From Phaeosaccion multiseriatum (lineage: Eukaryota; Protista; Ochrophyta, other classes): a stretch of DNA of 64,000 bases. The stretch is taken from NCBI GenBank assembly GCA_965112735.1, contig OZ218956.1, positions 2,232,001 through 2,296,000 on the forward strand, given 5' to 3'. The notes beneath the pieces were generated by a model. That model was given only the letters and a program-made list of their open reading frames with translations, did not search any database and was not told the origin of the DNA. This document shows positions 1 to 12,484 of this stretch, one piece after another (within the stretch, counting starts at the first letter, position 1; each line of letters starts with the position of its first letter). The position numbers and the translations under genes are program-made.

Positions 1-381
1 GGGTCCTCCGTGGCCGAAGTGAGACCTCCCCCCCCGCCTTTAATGAGGAGAGCATCCGGCGAGTTGCCGTGGTGCTAAGGGTAGCGCGTGAGAAGCACCC
101 CGTCAATGACTCGGTCATCGCCGCAAGCGGGTGGGCCTGGGGCAGTCTAAAGGTGCGACGGGGGGTCGGTGGGGTCAGAGGTGTGAGGTATCAGGTGTCA
201 GGTGTGAAGGGTCAGGTGTCAGGTGTCAGGTGTCAGGTGTCAGGTATCAGGTATCAGGTATCAGGTATCAGGTGTCAGGTGTCAGATGTCAGGTGCCATG
301 TATCAGGTCACTGCCCCACTCTTACAGGTACCTCTCTCTCTTCTTCTCTCCCTCTCTCTCGGTCGCTCTCTCTCTTTTCTG

Positions 382-416
<35 letters not shown>

Positions 417-1019
417 ATGTATGTGCTGAAACGCTGACACCAGGCACTGTACCGAGAGGACCTGCACGGTCCCTTTGGAGGGCGGCCGACAACTTTCTGC
501 GGGTCCTTCGATCCCAGCCTGTCCACCTCCCTCACCCTCACTAACACGGCCAGCAACAGCAACGGCCACAGCAACAACGGCAAAGGGAATAGCGGGTCGA
601 CCCATGGGTCTAGCAGCGGGGAGGAGGGGGATGAGGGTGGCAGTACATGCACAGCAGGGGGGCTGTCGAGAGGGACAGAGGAGCACTCTTCTTACGACGG
701 ACTTGACATTGAAGACTTGGACGTGGAGAGCGACGATGACAGTGGTAGCACTCTCACTCAAGACCCCGAGGAGGAGGAGGAGGAGGAGGAGGAGAAGGAA
801 GAGGAGGAGGACGGGGAGGAGGAGGAGGAGGAGGAGGAGGAGGAGGAGGAGGAGGAGGAGGAGGAGGAGGAGGAGGAGGACGGGGAGGAGGAGCAGGAGG
901 AGGAGGAGGAGGGCAAAGACAGGTTGTCGCCGATGGAAAGCCAGCAGCAGCTCCCGGACTTTCGCGCAACGGCAGACATTATCATCTCCGAGACCATGGT
1001 AGCGAACTCCACAAGCTGA
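1..1019 (+). CDS. 3' part of a hypothetical protein with an acidic poly-Glu C-terminus (exons <1-152, 444-1019)
   Basis: Donor AAG|gtgcga at 153 and acceptor cag|GCA at 443 join in phase 0 (…AWGSLK|ALYREDLHGPF…). The frame stays open through (GAG)n to TGA at 1017-1019. No domain recognised. Confidence 0.6.
175..309 (+). repeat. Intronic heptamer tandem repeat (TCAGGTG/TCAGGTA)n
   Basis: Directly visible array; it produces the spurious VSGVRCQ ORFs. Confidence 0.9.
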
Positions 1020-1528
1020 GGCCGAGGCTGAGTAAGGCAGCAAGGGGCTGGGCCAGACAGAGAGATTTATTTGTTACACCCTCCCCCTGACAAGATGACA
1101 CGATACCACAGAGGAGATTGAAAGTAGCGAGATTATGATATTCTTTGATTTTAAGTATATATATAATCCCGTCCGTCATTCATGTCTTCTCTCCCCCCCT
1201 TCCACCAGTATGACCAAGACTATTATTTTAAAGGGTCAGAGCAGAGCTAAAAAAATTGGCAAGTAAGTAAAGTAGTACGATATTCAATGATAGAGCACTC
1301 AACACGCAAGGAGCAGCCAAAAATTTGGTTGGTTGGTGGTGGGTGCGTGGCATGGAATGGGCGCACCCACCCAACCACCAACCCACACACAGCCAACCAA
1401 TCAATCCAAGTCGTTGTTGAAATGTCTCGTCCGTCCGTCCGTCCGTCCCGCCTCCCGTCCACCAGACTGTTATCCTCCCAGTTTGAGGTCCCAATTCCAG
1501 TCCCAGTAGATGTGTGACTTAGGTCTCC

Positions 1529-4500
1529 TTAGGTGTCCTTCGATTCGTAGAGGCCATTCTCCTCGGCGAACTCCTCCTCGTCCGTGTCCATGTCCTGCCC
1601 CTCCTTAATCTTGTCCTTTAGCCTCTTGATCATTTGCTTCTGCTCCCTCTTGCTCAGCTTCTTCTTCTGCTTAATCTTCTCCGTGTTGCCGCTGGCGTCT
1701 GTCATCTCGGTAATCTGTTGCGTGTCGGCAATCTTCTCGTCCTGCCTGTCCATCCAGGGCCCATCCAGGCCACGAGTGGTCAAGTGCCCGCTGTCCATCA
1801 CCCACTCCTCGGGACACACCGTCGACACAAACTCATTGTTGTGGGAGATGATCACCACACCTCCCGAGAAGTCCTCAATGGCACTGGCGAGGGCTCCGAG
1901 GGACTCCCGGTCGAGGTAGTTGGTGGGCTCGTCGAGGATGACAATGTGGGGCTGGTTCCACATCGCAGCCGCGAGCACCACCTTCACCTTCTGCCCTCCG
2001 GACAGTGCTTGCATGCGCGTGTGCGTGGCGAACTCGGCAATGAGTCCGCAGTCCGCCAAATGCTTCTCCACGTTGGCCGAAGAAAGGGTGCGCACAAACA
2101 GTCCCTGGCGCTGCGCGATTCGCGCGTCCACTGCCTTGATTGCCTTGGCCCATCCGTTCTTCTCGAGCTTCTTCTTGGGGAGGAAGTCGGGTGCGCCGTC
2201 CGTCTGCGACCCAATGTAACGAACCTCGTACAAGTAATCCTTGTTCTTGTCCTGCCTGCGCCCGCCCTCCAGCGCCGCCACGACCTTCTTGAGCACACGC
2301 TGCTTGGAGGTCTCCTCGTCCTTCCAGGTCACCTCAAAGGGCGTCTTTTGCAGTTTCTCCTCCTCCTCCGTCACAACCATGGAGACCTTGACGAGCGACT
2401 CCTTGTCCTCGCCGTTGTTGGCGTACCTCCATCGAATGTACTCATTGGGCGTCTTGTCCATGTGCGCCTCAATGTGATGGAAGGCGTGCTGGGCCACGTA
2501 GGCCACACGCGCGTTGGGGTGTCGCCACACCTCACCAGTCTGGGGGATCACCTCGCCCGTCAACACCTTGATCATGGTCGACTTGCCTGCGCCGTTCTCA
2601 CCCACACACGCCACTCGGGAGGCCATTGACACAATGACGGAGATGTCAAAGAGGGTGGGCGTGGTGTTGCCAGGGTAAGTAAAGTCGCACCCCGACATCT
2701 TCATCAGCGCCTTTCCTCGCGACTTGATGCCCTCAATGGGGCCGGGCTGAGGGAAGGTAAACTTGAGCTTTGAGGCAGAGAGCTTGAAGAAGGCCTGGGC
2801 GGCAGGGTACTCCTTGACATACTCGTTGAGGTTGCCCTTGAACTGGTTGAGCTTGAGCGAGTCAATTGCGAGCATGTCCGTGCAGCAGTCGTTGAGGAAG
2901 GAGGAGTCGTGCGACACCATGATGCAAGTCACCGTCTTGAGGGAGTTGATGTAGTTCTTGACCCACGCCACGTTGATGACGTCCAAGTGGTTGGTGGGCT
3001 CGTCCAACAGCAAGATGTCCGCGTTTTGAAGCATACATCGCGCGAGGGCGAGCTTCATCCTCCACCCTCCGGAGAGGGTTGACACGGCGTGGTTGGGCTT
3101 GGCCTTGCCGTCCTCTGTGAATCCCACAGAGTTCAACACCTCCACCACCTTATCCTTAGGAATGCCGGCGCCGGAAATGCGCTCGTCGGCCATAACGTAG
3201 TCCACACACGACAAGTGACTCTGCTCTCCCTGAATGTCGGCCTCGACGAACACCGTGCGCACCTCCGAGCTGTCGGGGAAGCCCTCCACGGATCCGTTGG
3301 CGATGGACCTCATGAGCGTGGTCTTACCGGAGTCGTTACCGCCCAGCAGGCCGTACTTGTGGCCTCGCAGCAGGCGCATCTTCGTATTGTGGAGCAGAAT
3401 CTTGGTTCCGTAGGCGAGCGTAAAGGTGCAGTTGCACAGCTCATCGTCGTCATTGTCGTACACCTCCTCCTCCACCTCCATCATCTTCTCGCAGCCTTCC
3501 TTGAGCACCTTGAGTGCGGCTGAGGGATCCTTGACGCCGAACGCTGCCAGGTACTTGACAAGGTCTTCCCACTCCTCCGCCTGCACCTTCTTGCGGTCCA
3601 TGATGCTCATGCACAGCTTGGTCAGGTAATTTTGCGTCACCTCCGCAAAGGCGTCGTCAGCCCCGCAGCCCTTGAGGGCCTCCTTCACGACCGGAAGCAC
3701 AAGAGCATGGTCGGCGGACTTGGCATTGCTGTTCTTGACGAGACCGTCCAGACGAGTGAGCTGCGCAAAGGCGCGGTCGGCAATGCCTCGCGCCTCGGGG
3801 TCGGCAATGGCCGCCGTGGCCTTCTCCAAGGCGGGCATGAGGAGGGGCAGGAAGGGCTCCGAGTCGCGGGGGTCGTCCACCAACTTGGACATGTTCTCGA
3901 TAATGACAGAGGACTGGCGCCGGGTGGCCGTCTTGTTGACCGCGAGTCCGCGCAGCAGCAGGGGCACCACCATGGCAAGGGCGGGGCGCTCCACAGACTG
4001 CACAAAGGCCACACCGGCCAAGTTGTGCATGATTTCGGGCACCTGCTCGGTGGGTGGTTGGGTGGTTGGTTCGTCGATAGGGGGAGGAGGAGAGGGGTGG
4101 AGGTCGTCATGAGTTAGAGCTGTTATTGGTAAGTAGGACACACAGCTAGGTGGAATGTGTTCTTACTCCCTCCCCTCTCTCCCAACCCCACCCACACCAA
4201 TACCAATCAACCAACCAGCCGACCAACCCCCAATATATACATCCGTGATCCCCTCCTCCGTCCCTCCTCAACTCACCTCCTTGGGGTTCTGAATGGCCTT
4301 CACAATGTCGCCGGTCATGTGCTCCATATCTCGGTTGCCCACCACATCGCAGCACGCGGTCATCGAGGCAGAGGCGGCGTCCTTGACTTGCTTCTTGGTG
4401 TCTCCCATCACAGGGGAGATCTCGGGCACAAGGCTGGGCAGGGCGTATCCCAGCTGGGCGGGGGCGTGGTCGGACAGAGAGGTGATGATCTCACAAGCCA

Positions 4501-5361
4501 GGGTGCGGGTCTGCCACTTTTGGGTAATATCCAGCGCCACAAAGAGGGGCTCAGAGAGGGCGCCCACGGCGTTGGGGCTGACGGAGGCTCCCAGGGCCTT
4601 GACGGCTGCCTGGGCGGCGAACTGGACAGACCTCTGCTTGTGCGAGGCCGACTCCAGAATGGGGACCAGCATGTCCACGATGTAGGCCTCCGCGCCAGGG
4701 CAGTTGGTTGCCAGGGTGCCAATGGTGCTGAGGGCACCCTCTACCTTGGCCTTGTCCGAGGACTTGAGGGCCTCGACCAGGCCGGGCAGCACGGGCTCCA
4801 GAGCGCGCACGCCCTTGGCCAGCACGGCGGAGGCGAGCACCTTGCCATCGCTCTCCTCCAGACCGGCTCCGCTCAGTTTGGCAGTGATCTCCTCCACAGC
4901 GTTTGGGGGGCAGGGGGGGAGCTGTTGGAGGAGAAGTGTACGGTGACGTTGCAGGGCCCATCAACAGCAGCGGAAGGGCGTTGTTAGTTATGATGTGTAG
5001 GCCGAGCGTGATAAGCAACGAGAGCATCAGGAGGCAGGCTCGGGGCAAAACTACTGAAAAGCTGGCGAGGTCCTTCATCGGTCGGCGGAGGGCCGCGTAG
5101 TACGTTAGTACGTGTGCAGGCCCACCCAGCCGGAAGCAGGAGAGAAAAACGGCAGCCGAGCACAGAGCAGCAGAACACGCAAAAAAAACTCTTCAAAAAG
5201 ACCCCCCAGCCCCTTTCTAGCCATCTCTGCTCCCCCGGAGCCCTTGGTGACCAACCATGCTCCACCCTTCCATGGACGGGCGGTCACCGTTACTCGCCCC
5301 TCCCCTCCCTCAGTCCCGCTTCTCCGCCGCCCTCTTCGCCTCTCACCTCAGCAGACGCCAT
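1529..5361 (-). CDS. eEF3: Translation elongation factor 3 (eEF3/YEF3-type ABC-F ATPase), ~1057 aa; exons 5361-5347, 4921-4277, 4042-1529
   Basis: HEAT region (KWQTRTLA…LVPEIS, FVQSVERPALAMVVPLLLRGL), LCNCTFTLAYGTKILL, ABC1 (GGNDSGKTT, LSGGW, LLLDEPTNHLD), ABC2 (GENGAGKST, YVAQHAFHHIE, chromodomain-type insert, LSGGQKVK, ILDEPTNYLD) and a Lys-rich tail. Both splice junctions are phase 0 GT-AG (MASAE|LPPCPP; NPKE|VPEI). Confidence 0.95.
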
Positions 5362-5731
5362 GGTACCGTTAACAGCAGTGTGCTGTACTTCTGTCTACTG
5401 CTGCTGTGCTTCCTGCCTCTTTGGTTCCTCGTTCGCTCGTATGTGGCTGATTGATTCACGGCCAGCATTTTTCCCAATTTCAATTTCATGGATTGTGTCC
5501 CCTCGGGTTTTTTGATGGCTCGTCGATTTTGGGCCTTGCGTTGTCTGAGTAAGTGTGAGAAACGGTATAGCAACAGAGCCACGTGTGAGAGATAGAGGCC
5601 CCACCGCTACCTCCTGTCTTCACTCACTCTTTGCTTACTGTACACTCTCCCACAAACGAGAGCATCCTCCGCAAGAACTCTTACCAGCAGGCGCAACTAG
5701 CAGAGCAGAGGCAGAGGTAAACACATACACC

Positions 5732-6607
5732 ATGCGCAGCACTACATGCTTCGTGAGCTTTGCGGCCCTGCTGGCCTCGGGTACGGCCTTCATGCCGAGC
5801 CAGAACGCGCTCATCGGCCGGATGAGTCCCTCGACGGCACAGCGTCGAACAATGAACTCCGCCCGCGTAAGCATGAGCAGTGCGGTTGCGAGCGGTGCTG
5901 TGGCCACCAGAGGAGCAGCCGTTGAGGAGAGGCCGTCCGGCGCGCGGTTCGGGGAGGCCGTCAACGACGTGATCCCCGCTGATGGTCTGAAGGTGGAGGT
6001 GCCTTCTGTCGTGAGGGTGAGTAGTTTCTTGTTGTTTTGAACGTTTGGGTTGGGGGGAGCGGAGGGGAGGTGTCTTGTTGTTCAACGGCTGTGCGCGGCA
6101 TGAGAGCTAGTGGCGCGACTTCGCTCCGTCTGTCGTCTGCACCGTCTGCATTTGTCTTGGCAACGACGCTGACCCTCCCTTCCCCCTCAACCTTCTCTCG
6201 TCCATTCCCTCTTGCAGGAAATTGTTGGGACGGAGGGCTTCCTGGAGGAGATGCAGGATGCGTCCGCCAACTCAGAGGCCGTAGTGGTGAAGTTCACAGC
6301 TCGCTTCTGTCGGGCCTGCGCGAGGATCGAGGGCAAGTTCAAGGACGAGGCAGTGCAGAGGAGCGGGGGGGACTCCAAGTTGCGATTTAGGGAGGTGCAC
6401 TTCGAGGATAGCCGCGCTCTGTGCAAGGCGCAGGGCATCAAGACGCTGCCGCACGTGCAGATCTTTGACGGTCCCAAGCAGGTGGCGGGCATGAGCCTGG
6501 CGCCCTCCAAGTTTGACAAGTTTGTTTCCTTCATGGACGGTTTTCAGGAGGAGAAGCGGCAGCAGGGCGTTGCGGTGCAAGCAGTAGAGGCTGCGAAGCT
6601 TGCATGA
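5732..6607 (+). CDS. Plastid-targeted atypical thioredoxin-like protein (FCRAC); exons 5732-6016, 6218-6607
   Basis: Signal peptide MRSTTCFVSFAALLASGTA-FMP (ASAF-like motif) followed by a Ser/Arg-rich transit peptide. Trx fold VVVKFTARFCRAC…LCKAQGIKTLPHVQIF. Confidence 0.85.
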
Positions 6608-7442
6608 GCGAAGCGGAAGGTGGTGGGCTTCTTCATTTTTGAGACAGAAGGCGATGTGATTGATTTGGATGTGGGTTCATATTTCTCGGCAGAGCAGCAG
6701 CCGACACGTTGGTCCCGCAGCAGGCTCTTAAGGTGTTGCTGGCTTTCGCTTTCGCAGCACGTGTGCGGCGCTGCTTGGCCCCGTCTCATGGGCCACTTTT
6801 GTATATACGAGCGAGTGTTTAAGGTTCTGTAGATGATAATAGGCCAAAAAAATGTGAGCCTCCATTATTCAAAAACGCAATCTCTTTGTCGTTGCTTGCT
6901 GCCAACCAACGAAGGCATCGGCTATGCTGCCAGACTGGAAGTGCTGCTGCTGCTGCTGCTGCTGGTGGTGGTGCTGCTACTACTACTTTACCACTGCCTC
7001 GCCTCGCGCTGGTGGGTTTCCGGGTCCAGCTGCACAGACTGTACCTCATTCTCGGCTCTCATTCCTCTGTGACGCTCCGCCGTTGGCTGGCACCCTCCTT
7101 CTGTCCTTCTTCCTTCCCGTTACTGTCGGAGGTGACACATCATGCGCCCAGCCGCCTTGATGACCAACTGCTGTGCCGTTAAGCTATGGCAAGCTGGAGC
7201 TACTGGCGTAGATCGAGGGCCTTCCATCTGGGTACGCTTCCCTGAGTGTGAGGAGGCCCAGCCCTCCGAATCTTCGGTTCTGACGACTGACTCCACGGGG
7301 GTGGGGTATGCCTTGTGGCAGCAGAACAGTTGTGAGGTTGTTTGCCTCCCCTCCTTCGCTGGGTAATAACCCCCCCTCGGCTCCACACACAGCGGGCACA
7401 TCGTTTGGGCCTCTGACTCTTGTCACAACCACAACCGCCGAG

Positions 7443-7473
<31 letters not shown>

Positions 7474-7549
7474 CGGGGCCTCAGATGGAGTAAGCAACCT
7501 CCCCTCTCGCCCCCGCCGTCGCCCACCCCGAGTGGCACCTCCTGAGTGC

Positions 7550-10500
7550 TCATTTCCGTCTCTTCTTCCCTTTGCCCTTGCTTTTGCCCGCCCCCCCGTC
7601 ACTGCCACCTCCAGTGGCATATTTTGCAGATGGGGCGACGAGCAAGTCATCCAGCTCATCCCTCTCCCCACCTTCTTCACCCTTCTTCGCCTCCTCCTCC
7701 TCCTCCTCCTCCTCCTCCTCCTCCTCCCCTTCATCCTCCTTCTGATTTCGGGGCCTCTTCGCGCCTTTGCCACTCTTGCCATTGCCACTCGCCCCCCCCC
7801 CCCTGCCCAAGGCCAGTCCCGTTGCCTCCCCCCCCTCCCCCTCCTCCTCGTCCATCGCTCCATAGGCGATGAGCTCTCTCACGAGCTGCTGTTTGAGGTC
7901 TCCCAATATCTTCTTCTCCTCTTGCGCGAGCGACTTTGCCAGCGCCACCGCATCTTTCCCCACTGTATCACCAACTGCTGCTGCTCCTGCTGCTGCCACA
8001 TCGTCCTTCCCCTCCTCCTTCTCTTCCTCCTCCTCGTCGTACAGCCGCAGCTTTGCCTCCACCACCGTCACCACAATGCCGTACACAACCTCGGGGTCTT
8101 CGCTCATCATAAGCACTTGCACCACTTCCATCAGTGCGTCGGGCAGCAAGTCGTACTTTCGCACGATGAAGTTCCCGCCCATGTCCCCCTCTCCCTCCTC
8201 CTCTTCCTCCTTCGTGCTGGGGTTTATCCCATACTGAGGCAGCATGTCCTGACCCCTGACGGCCTGCACGCGGGAGTCCCACACGGTCCGTGCATTGGCT
8301 CCGTGGTGCTCGGCCTCCACGCGAAAGAAAGTCTCTCTGCAGTACGTACGTACGTACAAAAATAGATTATGTATCGATCGGTCGGTCGGTCGAACGAACG
8401 AACGAACAAACATCAAAAACAAGGTTTGGCATGACACGACGACAGACGCAGACAGGACACATGGGCAGAGGGAAGGGGGGGGGGGGGGGTCTGAGGTTGG
8501 GGAAGGGAGGGACGATGAGTTGGGGTGGGCGCTGAGGGCGGGCGATGGTTACGGAGGTAAGTAAGTAAGTAAGTACGTAAGGAAGTAAGTACTTGATTGG
8601 TTGGTTGATAGGCGGTACATGCGAGGAGGACTTCGGGCGCAAGCAGCAGCAAAGACAGCCAGAGAATAAGAAGAGAATCCATGCCCTCTCAGGAGCGCAA
8701 ACCGGAAGCAAACCGCAAACTGCGTACTGCTCTCTTCGGAGCGGATGCGTGGGTCGCTTTCAGCCGTCGAAAAAACGTCCAGGTCGCGACCCTGCCCTGC
8801 CCTGCCCATATGCCTCTACACTGCCCTGCCCATATGCCTCCACACCGCTCCGCTGTTCTGCCCTATCCTCCCCTGCCCTACCCATATACCTCCACTCGGC
8901 CCTGCCCTGGTCTGCTCTGTCCCTCACACGCACGCACCTGCACGTATCCACCACCATCCTTGCAGGTAGCAGCACCGTGTCAAAGTTATTGTCGGGCAGC
9001 ACAAAGCCATAGCTGTTGACCAGAGCCGAGTTGGCCAGCGAGCCGAAGCTGCGAAAGACCTCTTCGCCCCGTTGCAAATCGCGCACGGCAATAAAGTAAA
9101 AGCAGCCTTCGTCATCCTCCTCTTCGCTCTTTCCCTCTCCCTCCTCCTCCTCTTCCACCACCTGCTGCTGCTGGTGCTGCTCCTCTTTCTGGTCCACTAC
9201 TCGGGTAGGTAGGTAAGGAGGTGGGTAAAAGGGGGAAAAGGAAGTAGGTCGGTCGGTCGGTCGGTCGGTCGGTAGGTATGTTGGGAATAGACAAAAACGC
9301 AAAGCGGCAGGAGAGAGAGAGAGACAGAAGGCAAGATTCAGTAAGAGAGGAAGGCTCAGAGCGGGAGCAAGGCATGCTCGTGAGACAGCATGAAGCGAGA
9401 CTTGGCGGGCATCGCTCACCACCCCCTCCTTGCATCGCGGGCCCACCCATCTCCCACCTCCAGGGATGTCCTGCCCCATCTCCCCCCCCTCTCCCAGTCT
9501 CTGAGATCCGAAGGAGCCAAGCTGAAGTAAAGTGAGCTGAGGTGAGCTGAAGGGAGTACTCACTTGTTGCAGTGCCACCGGGCAGTATCTTGTGCGTGGT
9601 GAACACCACTCCCTGCTCCCCAGGGGAGTGATTGAACATGTCCCCACACGGCACCATGTAGTGCTCGCCCTCCACCGTGAAGCCTCTGCTCCGCACCTGA
9701 CGAAGAGGGGTGGGGGGTGGGGGGTGAGGGACTGAAGCATGTCTGCAACGGCACAAGGACGCACGGTTAAGTAGGTGGAACGTCGTTGACTAATGAGACA
9801 TTATGTCATCCGTATCGCTTGGCGCTACATGCCACATATGCATACATACCCAGTTGACCGCCAAGCCAAAGCTCTCCTTGTTGCACACGGACTTGTTCCA
9901 CAGGGAAGGGTGCAGAGTAAAGAGTTTCTCAAAGATGACGAATTGGTCATCCAGAGAGGCCTCTCTACGCGCAATCGGGTAGGCAGAGGTGTGGCACAGT
10001 AGACGGTGCTCGCTCTCGTTCCACTGAATGGGGATGCGGTGTGTGGCAGGCAAGGAGGCGAGGTAGGGACGGAAGAAAGACTTGTCGCCGAGGCCGAGCT
10101 CGTGTAGCAGGCGGAGCACTGTGAAGCAGGCAGAGCTGAGCCGAGGGGAGGAGGAGGAGGAGCTGTCTGCTGAAGATACCACTTTGCTGCCGCTGCTGGG
10201 GGGGCATCCAGTGATGTTCCTCACGCCTGCGCTCGCCATCGTTTGGCTCCACTCCTAAGGGGCACCGGGGAAGGCGGGACGTGAAGAGAGAAGCGCAGGT
10301 ACTTACGTGCATACGCAAATTTACAGAGGACTGTACCTGCTTGGAGGCATCGTCCGTGGCGGGGCCGATGCAGCAACGGCGAGGAATCTTCACCAGCACT
10401 GGGTCGTCGCATGTAGATCACGGTTGGGCGACAAACGGCACGTCAGCAACTGCAGGATGTGATCAACAGAAGGATTTGGAAAACCCCATCCCCACGACAC

Positions 10501-10717
10501 TCCCATACGCTCTCAAGAATCTTCGCTCCACGTAGTTTGCACCTGTTCCTGCTGCGATGTCCTTCGTCGTGCACACCCCTCGATAGGAGGGCGTGAAGTG
10601 GTGGAAGAGATCAAGGTCTTGGTGGACGCTTGTGCTCAAGTGGCTCGCAGCCCATTGCCGAAACTCTGCCTGAGCGTCCTCTGCTAGAGGACGAGTTGAT
10701 GGAGCAATCAATCCCAT
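7550..10717 (-). CDS. SET-domain protein lysine methyltransferase (Rubisco-LSMT/SETD6/Rkm4-like), about 6 exons
   Basis: RGVCTTKDIAAG, LVKIPR, LLHELGLGDKSFFRPYLASLP…IPIQW, VRSRGF…MVPCGDMFNH, AVRDLQRGEEVFRSFGSLANSALVNSYGFV. C-terminal basic KSKGKGKKRRK. Confidence 0.85.
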
Positions 10718-10838
10718 GCAGGCCAAGGGGGAGGGGGGAGAAATGATGATGGTCACCGCCCGTAAGTCAACGATGCGATGCCCTCCGTCCTTCTTTCCTC
10801 TCTCCGGTCCTTTCCTTGGCTTGAGACGAGAACAGAAA

Positions 10839-12443
10839 ATGCTACCACCGCAGCTTCTGCTACTGCTGCTGGTGCTGCTTCTTCTCGACGCTCCTCCCTG
10901 TGCTGCTCTCACCCTCTCTCCACCGCTGCAGGCCTCGTCTTCACCCCAGGCAAGGGGGCTTGGAGAGGCTCCTGCTGCTGCTTCTGGTGCGGCTGGGACA
11001 GCATCCGCGCGCCCTGTCGTCCTTGTGGTTGGGGGTGGAGCGGCTGGGTTCTTCGGTGCCATCCGTATCCTCGATGCATCCTCGGCCTCTGCTGAATCAG
11101 ACTCAAGCCCGAGCGTTCGGGCTGTGGTCCTCGAGCAGTCCAACAAGCCATTGCTCAAGGTGAAGATCTCGGGAGGTGGCCGCTGCAACGTCCTGCATGA
11201 TAATACCAAACCTGTGCGGGAGATCAGCCAGGGGTACCCGCGGGGGCAGAAGGAGCTTCTCGGGGCGCTGAGCAAGAGCTTCAGCCCTATAGACACCGCC
11301 AACTGGTTCACAAGTCAAGGAGTGGAGCTAAAGACGGAGCCGGACGGACGCATGTTTCCGGTCACCGACAGCTCGCAAACTGTCATCGAGAGCCTCACTC
11401 GTAAGGCACAGAAGGGGTGATGGTGCTTTGGTCTGATGAATGCCTAATAGCCTTCACGCTCGCGACTTGACCCACTGCCCGCCTGCCGTGTGCTGTGTCC
11501 ACGCCCTTTGGATGGCGAAACCAAGGCACCACAACCGACACACTGACCGTCATCCCTCTCGCTGCTTTGCTGCTGTTTCCCCCTCCCTCCCCTCCCGGCC
11601 CCAAGGACGAGCAAGTAGCCTCGGAGTGGAAGTGCTGACTCAAGCCAAAGTCAAGACCATTGCACTTGCAGGAGCAGGAGCAGGAGCAGCAGCAGGCGGC
11701 GAGGGCTTTACCGTGACTTTCTCGGTCCCAGAGAAGCAAGCGTCTCTCGCAGGGCACGTGGAGGGCGTCTTTCCTGCTGCGTCAGTTGAGGAGCCGGCGG
11801 CCGAGGAGGCGTCTGTGGCGGGGGCACGCGGCAGCGGCAGCAGTGGCAGTGGCACAGAGTTCTCCATCCATGCCGACTACGTACTCCTTGCGAGTGGATC
11901 GGCGAGAGAAGGCCACAGGTGAGGGAAGGGCTTGGGGGAGGGGGGGGTGTGCCGATGGGAAGAGGAGGACCCGACTTGCGCGCCACACGCACGTCCACAG
12001 ATTGATTCAAAGGAGTCAAAATAGACTTGCCAGTAGAGTCGCTCATTGACAGGTGTCAAGACAGATGGATCAGATAGGATGCTCGAGAGGGTTGATCTCC
12101 AGCCTGTTTCGGGGTTGAGGAGCGAGAGAGAGAGAGCGAGAGAGAGGCTCTGGCACACACGTCAAGAGCTCTCGCCTCACCATCCCATCCCACACCCAAT
12201 CACCCCCCGACCGTGTTTCGTATCACCAACAGGTGGTGCGAGGCCCTGGGCCATCGCGTGGAGCAGCCCGTGCCCAGTCTCTTCACGCTCAGCACGGAGT
12301 CTCCAGTGCTGGACGGTCTGGCAGGGATTGCCATGCAAGTGAGTGCAGAGCTCCGTCCCGATTCGCGCCCCACGCCACCGCCGTCTCCCGTGCTCGCGGC
12401 CCCTACCGCTGCTTCGAAGCCTGGCCTAGAAGGAGAAGCAGGG

Positions 12444-12484
<41 letters not shown>

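Noticed and set aside
175-309. Telomeric array or member of the TCGRC element group
   Set aside because: The unit is not TTAGGG/TTTAGGG, it is intronic, and it has no bounding TIRs.
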